Assembly: GCA_031414955.1 (NCBI GenBank)
Contig: JANOQV010000281.1
Coordinates: 1-32,486, forward strand
Origin: Pedosphaera sp.
GTDB lineage: Bacteria; Verrucomicrobiota; Verrucomicrobiia; Limisphaerales; SIBH01
Direction: 5' to 3'
Length of the DNA: 32,486 nt
Part shown: positions 14,907-23,176 of the stretch, piece by piece
Layout: the number at the start of each line of letters is the position of its first letter
How positions within the stretch are numbered: the first letter of the stretch is position 1
Notes under the pieces: model-generated
Told to the model about the DNA's origin: nothing
Seen by the model: the letters and a program-made list of their open reading frames with translations, nothing else
Database searches by the model: none
Program-made: the position numbers and the translations under genes

Positions 14907-17357
14907 CTAATCGCCGAGGATCTCCACCTCCGTCTCCAACTCAATCCCCCGCCGCGCTTTCGCCGTCTGCTTGATGAAGTCGATCAACTCCAGGACATCG
15001 CGCGCCGTGGCGTGGCCCTCGTTGACGATGAAATTTCCATGCACGGTCGAGACCATCGCGCCGCCGCGCTTGGTGCCCTTGAGTCCCAGTTCTTCGATAA
15101 GCTTGCCCGCCGGCACGGTCTTGGGGTTCTTGAAGATGCAGCCCGCGCTCGGTTGGGCCGGCTGCGACTCCCAGCGCTTGGCGTTGAACTGATTGGCGCG
15201 CTCCTGGATGACTTCCTTCGTGGCGGGCGTGCCGCGCAGCACCGCGCCGAGCGCGATGTGGGTCTTGAAAAGCGGACAGCCGCGATACTCGACATTTACC
15301 TCACTGGCCTTGCGCTCGTGAACGCCACCCGAGAAATCCATGAAGCGAATCTGCTCCACCACCTCGAACATCCACGAGCCCATCGCACCCGCATTCATGC
15401 GCAATGCGCCGCCCACGCTGCCAGGGATGCCTTCGAGAAACTCCAGCCCCGCCAGTCCGGCGCGGCGCGCGTCCACGGAAACCGTCTTGAGCTTCGCGCC
15501 CGCGCCGCAATGCAGATGCTCGCCGGTAATCTGCACCCGCGAAAAGCATTCGTGCCCGAGCGAAATCACCACACCACGAATGCCACCGTCACGGATGAGC
15601 AGGTTCGAGCCTCGGCCGATGAGGGTGAAGGGCAACTTCAGTTCGCCGCAGAGCTTCAACAGGGCGGCGAGATCGGTTTCGCCCGCCGGCTCGGCGAAGA
15701 AATCCGCCACCCCGCCGACGCGCAAGGTGGTGCGCTTGGCCAGCGGCTCGTCTTGACGGATGACCGTTTCAGCGGAAACAGCGACGCGAAGTTTTTGCAA
15801 TGTGCCGGCACGACGAGCATCGCGCGGCCCGGACTGCTGCTGGATCGAAGCATCACTCATGGTGTTTGATTCCTGCCGAGCAATGCTCGGCGCTCCTTCT
15901 CTCAATTGCCCCGCCAGTTCGTGCGCCGCCTTGGTGATGTCCCCTGCCCCGAGAAACAGGACCAGATCGCCGGGTTCCAGCGCGGCCCGCACGGCGGGGG
16001 TGACATCGGCCAGCGCGGGGATGAGTTCCACCACTTGACCGTGAGCGCAGATGGCCGCAGCCAGCGCCGCGCTGTTCGCTCCCGGAATCTCAGGCTCGCT
16101 GGCAGCATAGACCTCGGTGAGGAACAACTTGTCGGCATCACCGAAGGCTGCCGCGAAGTCGTTCATCAAATGCCTGGTGCGCGTGTAGCGATGGGGCTGG
16201 AAGACCACGACGAGCCGGCGCGGGTCGAGCTGTTTGAAGGCGCTCAACACCGCGCGCACTTCGTTCGGGTGATGCCCGTAGTCGTCGAACACGAGGAAGT
16301 TTTCGTCGGCAAAGATCTCCTGCTGGCGCCGGGCCGCGCCGGCGAAGTCTGCCAGCGCATCGCCAATTGCCGTTGGCGCATAGCCGAGTTGGTGCAGCAA
16401 GGCGATGGCAGCCGTGGCGTTGGAGACGTTCTTCCCCCCCAGCAGGCGGATGGAAAAGTCGCCCAGCTTCGTGCCGTGATGCCAGAGGGTGAAGTGGGTG
16501 GGCGATTCCCCGACCTTGGACGCCTGCTCGCGATTCATCGGAGTTGAACCTTGGACCTTGGACTCGATCCGGTATTGGGCCAGCGGGTTGAAGCCGTAGG
16601 AAACTGCCCTGGGCTGCTTCGCCATCATCTCGGCCAGTCGAGGATCATCCGCGCAGAAGACGATTAACCCGCGCGTGTTCGCCGCGAAGCCCTCGAACTC
16701 ACGGCAGACCGCTTCGAGGTTTGGAAAACGATCCAGATGCTCGGCATCGACGTTGAGCACGAGGGCGTGTTCGGGCTGGAATTCGTGCAGCGTGCCGTCG
16801 CTCTCGTCCGCCTCGGCGACAAACCATTTGGAGTGCGGTGACAAGTCACCGCACTCCAAGTGGGCGTGGGCCGGCCATTGCGGAACGAGGGCACCGATGG
16901 CGTAACTGGGCTTGGCCTCGAGCTTCCTCAGCGCGTGCGCGAGCAAGGCGGACGTGGTGGTCTTGCCGTGCATGCCGGCGACACAAATGCCTCGTTGCTG
17001 ATTGACGAATGCGGCCAGCAGAATCGCGCGCCGCACGATGGGAAGATTCAGTTCCCGCGCCGCCTGCAACTCGGAATTGTCCGCGTGGACCGCCGGAGTA
17101 TAGACGATGAGGACGGGGTGAGCCTCACGCAACTGGGCGGCGTGATGACCAATGTGGAGCTGTGCCCCGCGCGCGCGGAGCTGGCGGATTTCCTCATTCT
17201 CAGCGGTATCCGAACCGGTGACGCGATGGCCGGCATCGAGCAATAAATGCGCGAGGCCGCTCATGCCGCAGCCGCCCGCGCCGACGAGATAAACCGTGGC
17301 CCCAGGGGCCGCGTGCAGTAACGCGCTCACCTGCCCTGGGTTCAAGCTGTTCATCAT
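14907..17357 (-). CDS. murC-murB: Fused UDP-N-acetylmuramate--L-alanine ligase (MurC) / UDP-N-acetylenolpyruvoylglucosamine reductase (MurB)
   Basis: MurC motifs GAGGCGMSG, HGKTTTS, EADESDG, DDYGHHP, FQPHRYTRT, GAGDI. MurB motifs follow in frame: TTLRVGG, GSNLL, GIPGSVGGALRMNAGA, SAGCIFKNP, HGNFIVN. Start MMNSL at 17357 or 17354. Confidence 0.95.
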   Translation of the reverse strand: MMNSLNPGQVSALLHAAPGATVYLVGAGGCGMSGLAHLLLDAGHRVTGSDTAENEEIRQLRARGAQLHIGHHAAQLREAHPVLIVYTPAVHADNSELQAARELNLPIVRRAILLAAFVNQQRGICVAGMHGKTTTSALLAHALRKLEAKPSYAIGALVPQWPAHAHLECGDLSPHSKWFVAEADESDGTLHEFQPEHALVLNVDAEHLDRFPNLEAVCREFEGFAANTRGLIVFCADDPRLAEMMAKQPRAVSYGFNPLAQYRIESKVQGSTPMNREQASKVGESPTHFTLWHHGTKLGDFSIRLLGGKNVSNATAAIALLHQLGYAPTAIGDALADFAGAARRQQEIFADENFLVFDDYGHHPNEVRAVLSAFKQLDPRRLVVVFQPHRYTRTRHLMNDFAAAFGDADKLFLTEVYAASEPEIPGANSAALAAAICAHGQVVELIPALADVTPAVRAALEPGDLVLFLGAGDITKAAHELAGQLREGAPSIARQESNTMSDASIQQQSGPRDARRAGTLQKLRVAVSAETVIRQDEPLAKRTTLRVGGVADFFAEPAGETDLAALLKLCGELKLPFTLIGRGSNLLIRDGGIRGVVISLGHECFSRVQITGEHLHCGAGAKLKTVSVDARRAGLAGLEFLEGIPGSVGGALRMNAGAMGSWMFEVVEQIRFMDFSGGVHERKASEVNVEYRGCPLFKTHIALGAVLRGTPATKEVIQERANQFNAKRWESQPAQPSAGCIFKNPKTVPAGKLIEELGLKGTKRGGAMVSTVHGNFIVNEGHATARDVLELIDFIKQTAKARRGIELETEVEILGD
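16828..16859. repeat. Perfect 32-bp palindrome inside the murC coding region
   Basis: TTGGAGTGCGGTGAC-AA-GTCACCGCACTCCAA with 15-bp perfect arms, encoding LECGDLSPHSK. Confidence 0.9.
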
Positions 17358-17379
17358 GGCAAAGCTCAAATCTCGAAAC

Positions 17380-18564
17380 TCACTTGGCCAGCGCCGCCGG
17401 TTCACCACGCCCCGCCCGGCGCGATTCAGAAACCGGCGCGCCGGCCACGCGCGCCGGGTTCCGTCCGGAAATTTTTTTGAGAATGGCCTCGGCAATGACC
17501 CGGGCGGCATTGGGGTGATGCCACTCGGCCAGGGCGGCGGCCAGGCGACGGCGCTCGGCGGCATTGGTCATCAACTCCTGGACCATGCGCGCCAGATTTT
17601 CCGGTGTGGCCCGCTGCTCGCCGAGCATTCGCGCCGATCCCGTTTCGACCAGGGCGCGCGCGTTGTGAAACTGGTGGTCGTCCGTGGCGGCGGGAAAGGG
17701 AATCAGAATCGCCGGCACGCGCAGCGCGGCGAATTCCGCCAGCGAGGAGGCGCCACTGCGGCTCACCGCCACGGTCGCGGCGTTCAAGGCCAGGTCCATC
17801 TCGGTCAGGAACGGGCGCACCACGGCGCGGGCTTTCGCCTCGCGGTAAGCGGCAACGATCTTGTCATGATCCTGGGGACCGGTGAGGTGAAGAAACTGAA
17901 TCTCGGGCAGCGCCGCGCACAACTCGCCGAGACAGCGGACGACAAGCTGGTTGATCGCGCTCGCGCCCTGGCTGCCGCCCATGATGAGCAGGGTGTCGCG
18001 CTGCGGCTGAAGCCCGAGCGCGGTGCGCGCGGCCGCCGCATCGCCGCGGGTAAATTCCGGTCGCACGGGCGTCCCGGTGACGAGCACATCATTCGTGCGC
18101 AACCGATGCGCGCAGGAGGGAAAACCGACAAACGCCTGCCCGACGAACCAGGAAAGGAAGCGATTGGCGCGTCCGGGAATGGTGTTCGACTCGTGGAGGA
18201 AAGTAGCGGAGCGAAATTTCCTCCCGGCCAGCACGGGGGACGCGCTGGTGAAGCCGCCCATGGCCAGCACGGCCTGGGGCGGTCGCGCGCCGAAGACCCG
18301 CTTCGCCTCGCGATACGAGGCGCGAAAGCCCTGAAGGAATCCCACGACGTTCCCCCGAACCAAGCCCACGGCGGGCAGCGTCACGACCTGCATTCCGCGC
18401 GCCGCGCGCACGGCCTGCTGATCCACATCCTTGGGAGAGATGAGCAGCATCACATCGCAGCCGCGCTGGAGGAGTTCGTGGCCCACGGCCAGACCCGGAA
18501 ATAGATGGCCGCCCGTGCCACCACAGGCAATGGCGACAAGCGCGGCTGGTTCAGGGCTGCTCAT
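17380..18564 (-). CDS. murG: Undecaprenyldiphospho-muramoylpentapeptide beta-N-acetylglucosaminyltransferase
   Basis: GGTGGHLFPG, HESNTIPGRAN, GGSQGA, RSGASS, HQFHNA. Confidence 0.96.
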   Translation of the reverse strand: MSSPEPAALVAIACGGTGGHLFPGLAVGHELLQRGCDVMLLISPKDVDQQAVRAARGMQVVTLPAVGLVRGNVVGFLQGFRASYREAKRVFGARPPQAVLAMGGFTSASPVLAGRKFRSATFLHESNTIPGRANRFLSWFVGQAFVGFPSCAHRLRTNDVLVTGTPVRPEFTRGDAAAARTALGLQPQRDTLLIMGGSQGASAINQLVVRCLGELCAALPEIQFLHLTGPQDHDKIVAAYREAKARAVVRPFLTEMDLALNAATVAVSRSGASSLAEFAALRVPAILIPFPAATDDHQFHNARALVETGSARMLGEQRATPENLARMVQELMTNAAERRRLAAALAEWHHPNAARVIAEAILKKISGRNPARVAGAPVSESRRAGRGEPAALAK

Positions 18565-19697
18565 CAGGATATTTGCGTGGAAGGAATGTCCTGCGAGTTG
18601 AAAGGATTAAAGCCCGACTCGCGGCGCACCGGTTCATGGGCATGACGCGCCACGCTCAAGAGCACGCCGACGCAGGTGAGCATCATGAGCAGGCTCGATC
18701 CGCCGTAGCTGACAAAGGGCAACGGCAAGCCCTTGTTCGGCAGCACGGTGGTAACGACCCCGATGTTGATGAAGGCCTGCAAGGCGATCAGAAACGTGAT
18801 ACCGCAGGCGAGCATCATGCCAAATCGATCACAAGCCCGTGAAGCGATGAAAATCCCCGCGAGCGCAATCACCAGGAAGGCGATGACCACGCCGAGCGTT
18901 GCCACCAGCCCCAGTTCCTCGCCCACGATGGAGAAGATGAAATCGGTGTGGTTCTCCGGCACGTAGCCGAACTTTTGCCGGCCATCGCCCAGGCCCACCC
19001 CAGTCGTGCCGCCGGCCCCGAGCGCGAGCGTCGCTTGGTACTGCTGGTAGCCCTTGCCCTCACGATGCGCCTCGGGATGCATGTAAGCCATCACGCGGCC
19101 GAGGCGATTCGGGTTGTGCCAGACGGAAAGTCCCACCGCGAGCAGACCAAGCATCGCCACGGGCGCGATGAAACTCAGTCGCACGCCGGAAATGATCAGC
19201 ATGACCGCGCTCACCGCGGCGAGCAGCAAGGTGGTGCCGTAATCTGGCTCAAGAAAAATCAGCCCGAGCACGGGAACGATGAATGCGCCTGGAATGAGCA
19301 GCCCGCGCTTGAGCGTGCGCATCTGCCGCTGAAAGTGCTCGGTGTAGTGCGCAAGGACGATGATAAGCACGAGCTTCGCCAGTTCCGAGGGTTGAAACAT
19401 CATGAAGTGGAGGTTCAACCAGCGATTGGCACCGCCCCGCTTCACTCCGATGTGTGGCAACAGCGCGGCCAGGAGGAGGCAGACGGTAAAGAAGAACAGC
19501 GCCCAAGGAACGCCGCGCTGCTTGAACTTACGATAGTCGAAGCTGGCGGCGGCGAGGCCCGCCACCAGCCCCAGCGCCAGCCAGATGAGTTGGGGCCGGA
19601 GCAGCTTGGCCCCGGCCGGCGAGCTATAGAGCATCACCGTGCCGAGCGCCACGAGCGCGGCCACACAGAATACCAAGGCTGTCGTCGCAAACTTCAC
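18564..19697 (-). CDS. ftsW: SEDS peptidoglycan polymerase FtsW
   Basis: GTG start. GANRW, FQPSELAK, EPDYGT, PENHTDFIFSIVGEELG, LPNKGLPLPFVSYGGSS. Confidence 0.94.
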   Translation of the reverse strand: MKFATTALVFCVAALVALGTVMLYSSPAGAKLLRPQLIWLALGLVAGLAAASFDYRKFKQRGVPWALFFFTVCLLLAALLPHIGVKRGGANRWLNLHFMMFQPSELAKLVLIIVLAHYTEHFQRQMRTLKRGLLIPGAFIVPVLGLIFLEPDYGTTLLLAAVSAVMLIISGVRLSFIAPVAMLGLLAVGLSVWHNPNRLGRVMAYMHPEAHREGKGYQQYQATLALGAGGTTGVGLGDGRQKFGYVPENHTDFIFSIVGEELGLVATLGVVIAFLVIALAGIFIASRACDRFGMMLACGITFLIALQAFINIGVVTTVLPNKGLPLPFVSYGGSSLLMMLTCVGVLLSVARHAHEPVRRESGFNPFNSQDIPSTQIS

Positions 19698-19725
19698 GCC
19701 AATTTCACGTCAAAGCATCGCGTCC

Positions 19726-19760
19726 AAAACCAGAACGCCGGGCGAAAATCGCCCGGCGTT
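19726..19760 (-). terminator. Intrinsic-terminator-like hairpin downstream of the LysM gene
   Basis: Perfect 12-bp stem AACGCCGGGCGA/TCGCCCGGCGTT (19734-19760). On the minus strand the stem ends in TT and is followed by CTGGTTTT, an imperfect U tract. Confidence 0.6.
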
Positions 19761-19768
19761 TGCACCCC

Positions 19769-20488
19769 TTATTGCGCCGGGGCCGGGGCCGGCACCGGGG
19801 CCGCAGGCGCTGCCGCCCGCGCCGGCACTTTCAATTTCTGCCCGACCTTGATCTGGGTCGTGGTCAGGTTGTTGAGCTTCTGCAATTCCTTCACCGTCGT
19901 CTTATGACTGGTGGCTATCTTGCTCAAGCTGTCGCCAGACTTCACGGTGTAGGTGCCGGCGGTCTCACCGCTGGCCGGAGCCGGGGCGCCGGTTTTCACT
20001 CCCGCCGGAGCCGGCGGCGGAATCTTGATCGCCTGATCAATCTTGAGCTTGGTCGAGTCCACGCCCGGATTCGCGGCCTGAATGGCCTTGACGCTCACGC
20101 CGTACTTGGAAGCCAAAGAGGAGAAACTTTCACCTTTTTGAATCTTGTGCTCGATCCCGGCAAGGGTGCCGGCATCCGGGGGCGGCGTCACCACGGTGGG
20201 CGTCAGCGCAGCGGGTGTTACCGGATTCGTCTCTGCAACCGGCACGACATTGGTCACCCCGGCCAACGCCTCGGGCGCGTTGGTGAAAGGCAGGGTGGCG
20301 CTCGGATCATTCGTCGGCGCCTCCGGGATGGCCTCCTTCTCCTCGCGCTTGCAGCCGAGGATGAGCAGGCCGCTCAACACGACGACGTGGATGCCGAGGA
20401 TGGTATAGACGGCGATGCGGACGTGGGGCTTGCGGCCGGCCTGCGATTCAAACGAGCCTTGCGGCACTAACGGACTTGGACCTTTCAT
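19769..20488 (-). CDS. Membrane-anchored LysM peptidoglycan-binding protein (two LysM domains)
   Basis: N-terminal TM ending ILGC, Pro/Thr-rich linker, LysM repeats HKIQKGESFSSLASKYGVSV...NP and YTVKSGDSLSKIA...IKVGQKLKVP. Confidence 0.9.
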   Translation of the reverse strand: MKGPSPLVPQGSFESQAGRKPHVRIAVYTILGIHVVVLSGLLILGCKREEKEAIPEAPTNDPSATLPFTNAPEALAGVTNVVPVAETNPVTPAALTPTVVTPPPDAGTLAGIEHKIQKGESFSSLASKYGVSVKAIQAANPGVDSTKLKIDQAIKIPPPAPAGVKTGAPAPASGETAGTYTVKSGDSLSKIATSHKTTVKELQKLNNLTTTQIKVGQKLKVPARAAAPAAPVPAPAPAQ

Positions 20489-20544
20489 TTTTCTTTGGCG
20501 CTCTGAGGCGTCCTTTCTGAGGTGTTGGTTATTTTTCTAAATCG

Positions 20545-20582
20545 TTGCTCCGAAGTTTTCCCTCACCAAAACTCCGGAGCAA
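20545..20582. other. Strong hairpin/inverted repeat between murD and the LysM gene
   Basis: TTGCTCCGAAGTTTT / AAAACTCCGGAGCAA match at 14/15 positions with an 8-nt loop. The mismatch is a G-U pair on the transcribed strand. Confidence 0.7.
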
Positions 20583-20586
20583 AGTG

Positions 20587-22029
20587 TCATGAAAGCAAAA
20601 CCGCCGGACGCTCATCACAAGGCGTCACGCAAGGGCCGGCCCCCGGCAAATCTCCGACCGGACACAGCGCGAGCACCGCCGCGCGAAACACGTCCCCCCG
20701 GTGCTGGTAATTCCGGAATTGATCGAAGCTCGCGCACGCCGGGGAGAGCAGCACCACATCGCCCGGTTTCGCGCGCGTCACTGCAACCGCGAGAGCTTCT
20801 AGCAACGTGGGCAGCACCGCGCAAGGAGTAAACAGGCCCCAGGCCGCGCGAATTTTTTCGCTCGTCTCGCCGAACAAGAAGGCGCCCTTCACCCGCCGCG
20901 AAAGCACCGGCCCGAGGTCGTGATAATCGAAGCCCTTGTCCCGCCCGCCGGCCAGCAGCCAGACGTTCGGCTCGCGATCTTGCTCGCGCTGCGGCATGGC
21001 CAGGAGCGCCTTCGCGACCGCGTCCACATTGGTCGCTTTTGAGTCGTTCACGAACTTCACCCCGGCGATCTCGGCCACGAACTCACCGCGATGCGGCGCG
21101 GGCTGGAACGTCTTGATCGCCTCGACCATCCCTTCGAGCGGCAGGCGCAGCACGCGTCCGACGGCGAGCGCGGCCATGATGTTCTCGGCGTTGTGCGGAC
21201 CGCGAAGTTGAACGTCGTCCATGTTCAGCACCGGGCCGGACCAGTTCTCCATCCGGCTGATGATCAGACCCCGGTCGAAATGGAAATCCGCCGTCGGATC
21301 GATGGCGCTGAAGGTGATGACCTTGGAAGGGATTTCGAGCTGGAGCTGCTTCAGTTGCGCCAGCGCCTCACTCTGCACAATCGCCCAGTCAAAAATCTGC
21401 TGATTCTCAAAAATCCGCGCCTTGGCCCGGACGTACTGATCGAGGCTGGCGTAACGATCGAGATGGTCCGGTGTGATGTTGGTCAGCACCGCGACCGCCG
21501 GGCGAAAGAACTCGATGGTCTCAAGCTGGAACGAACTGACCTCGAGGGTGAGGAAGTCGAGTTCACGCGCGCGATCCGCCACCGCGCAAAGCGGCGTGCC
21601 GATGTTGCCGGCGGCGATGGTTTTGCGGCGGTTGGCGGTGAGAATGTGTGCGACCAGTTCCGTGGTCGTCGTCTTCCCGTTGGTGCCGGTGATGGCAATG
21701 TTCAGCGCCAGCGACTGCTGGTAGCCCAGTTCCAGCTCGCCCATAAGCCGGACCTTCTGCTCCCTCAGCGCAATCACGAATGGGTGAGTCAAGGGCACTC
21801 CCGGACTGAGGACCGCCAGATCAAAACTCCCGGACGGCAGTTTTGTTGCGCCCAGTTCGACGCGTACGCCGCGCGCGCGCAAGTCAGCAGCCTGCTGGCG
21901 CAGCGACTCGCTGTCGATGCTGTCCACGACCGTGACCTTCGCGCCGCGCGACAGGGCCAGCTCCGTCGCCGCCGCGCCGCTCAGGCCGAGGCCGATCACC
22001 AGCACGCTTTTGTTTTCGAGTGAGAACAT
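20587..22029 (-). CDS. murD: UDP-N-acetylmuramoyl-L-alanine--D-glutamate ligase
   Basis: GLGLSG, SPGVP, ITGTNGKTTT, EVSSFQL, DHLDRY, NDSKATN, LSPACASFDQF. Confidence 0.96.
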   Translation of the reverse strand: MFSLENKSVLVIGLGLSGAAATELALSRGAKVTVVDSIDSESLRQQAADLRARGVRVELGATKLPSGSFDLAVLSPGVPLTHPFVIALREQKVRLMGELELGYQQSLALNIAITGTNGKTTTTELVAHILTANRRKTIAAGNIGTPLCAVADRARELDFLTLEVSSFQLETIEFFRPAVAVLTNITPDHLDRYASLDQYVRAKARIFENQQIFDWAIVQSEALAQLKQLQLEIPSKVITFSAIDPTADFHFDRGLIISRMENWSGPVLNMDDVQLRGPHNAENIMAALAVGRVLRLPLEGMVEAIKTFQPAPHRGEFVAEIAGVKFVNDSKATNVDAVAKALLAMPQREQDREPNVWLLAGGRDKGFDYHDLGPVLSRRVKGAFLFGETSEKIRAAWGLFTPCAVLPTLLEALAVAVTRAKPGDVVLLSPACASFDQFRNYQHRGDVFRAAVLALCPVGDLPGAGPCVTPCDERPAVLLS

Positions 22030-22030
22030 C

Positions 22031-23176
22031 CTAACGAATCTTCAAAGTGCCGAGCGCCACCAGGGCACAGAGCACGCACAGAATGTAGAACCGCGTCACG
22101 ACTTGCGACTCATACCAGCCTTTTTTTTCAAAGTGATGATGCAACGGCGCCATCAGGAACACCCGCCGGCCCGCCCCGTACTTCCGCTTCGTGTACTTGA
22201 AGTAGCTCGTCTGAATCATCACCGAGCCGGCCTCGGCCACGAACACTCCGCCGGCGATGACGAGCAGGAACGGTTGATGCACCAGCACCGCAATGATGCC
22301 CAGCGCGCCGCCCAAAGCCAGCGATCCAGTGTCGCCCATGAAGACCTTGGCCGGATGGCAGTTGAACCAGAGAAACCCAAGCCCCGCGCCGATCATGGCC
22401 GCGCAGAAGACCGTCAGTTCCCCCGCGCCGACCACATGTGGAATCTGGAGGTACTTGGCCGTAACCGCATTGCCCGACAAGTAGGTCACGAACAGGAACA
22501 CGAGCGAAACAATGATCGTGCAGCCGATGGCGAGACCGTCGAGACCGTCAGTGAGGTTCACCGCGTTGGAGCTGCCAATGATGGTGAGCATGGTGACGAT
22601 GATGCCCAGCACCGCACTCGTGGCGATGGGATGTTTGAGGAAGGGCACCATCACCTGCTCGATCAAGTCTTTGGTGGCCGGCATCCGCCAGAGATAGACT
22701 GCGATGAAAAGAGCCAGCGTGAACTGCACGATCAGTTTAATCCTCGCCGTCGCGCCCGCACCGGTTTGCTTGGTGATCTTCGCGTAGTCGTCGTAGAAGC
22801 CCAGGCCGGCGAACACAAGCACGGAGAGAAGGGTGAGTTGCACGAGCGTGTTCCATTGCGCCCAGAGCACGGCAGTCAGATCCATCACGGCCACGATCAG
22901 AATGCCGCCCATGGTCGGCGTGCCTTTCTTGCTCAACACGCGCGCGACGAGGTCGCCGCTCTCCTCGGCCTTGTCCGCGTAGTTCTGGCCGAACTTGAGT
23001 TGCTTCAACCATGCGATGAGCCGAGGCCCAAGAATCCAGCTCAACATCAGCGCCGTCACCGCCGCGCCCGCGCTACGGAAGGTGATGTACTGGAACACGC
23101 GCAAGCCCGAGAGCGAGTCCGCCCAGGTCGTGCCGCGCGCGGCCTCCAGAATGTATTGGCTTAAATAGTAAAGCAT
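22031..23176 (-). CDS. mraY: Phospho-N-acetylmuramoyl-pentapeptide transferase
   Basis: Start MLYYL at 23176 (TAATG overlap with murF). KKGTPTMGG, DDYAK, NAVNLTDGLDGL, FMGDTGSL, MAPLHHHFE. Confidence 0.96.
   Translation of the reverse strand: MLYYLSQYILEAARGTTWADSLSGLRVFQYITFRSAGAAVTALMLSWILGPRLIAWLKQLKFGQNYADKAEESGDLVARVLSKKGTPTMGGILIVAVMDLTAVLWAQWNTLVQLTLLSVLVFAGLGFYDDYAKITKQTGAGATARIKLIVQFTLALFIAVYLWRMPATKDLIEQVMVPFLKHPIATSAVLGIIVTMLTIIGSSNAVNLTDGLDGLAIGCTIIVSLVFLFVTYLSGNAVTAKYLQIPHVVGAGELTVFCAAMIGAGLGFLWFNCHPAKVFMGDTGSLALGGALGIIAVLVHQPFLLVIAGGVFVAEAGSVMIQTSYFKYTKRKYGAGRRVFLMAPLHHHFEKKGWYESQVVTRFYILCVLCALVALGTLKIR

Noticed and set aside
17358..17564. ORF-track N-terminal extensions of MurC (and similarly FtsA, MraY, VapC and the 5771 gene)
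   Set aside because: They overlap upstream genes or repeats. Homology-consistent starts lie downstream, as annotated.
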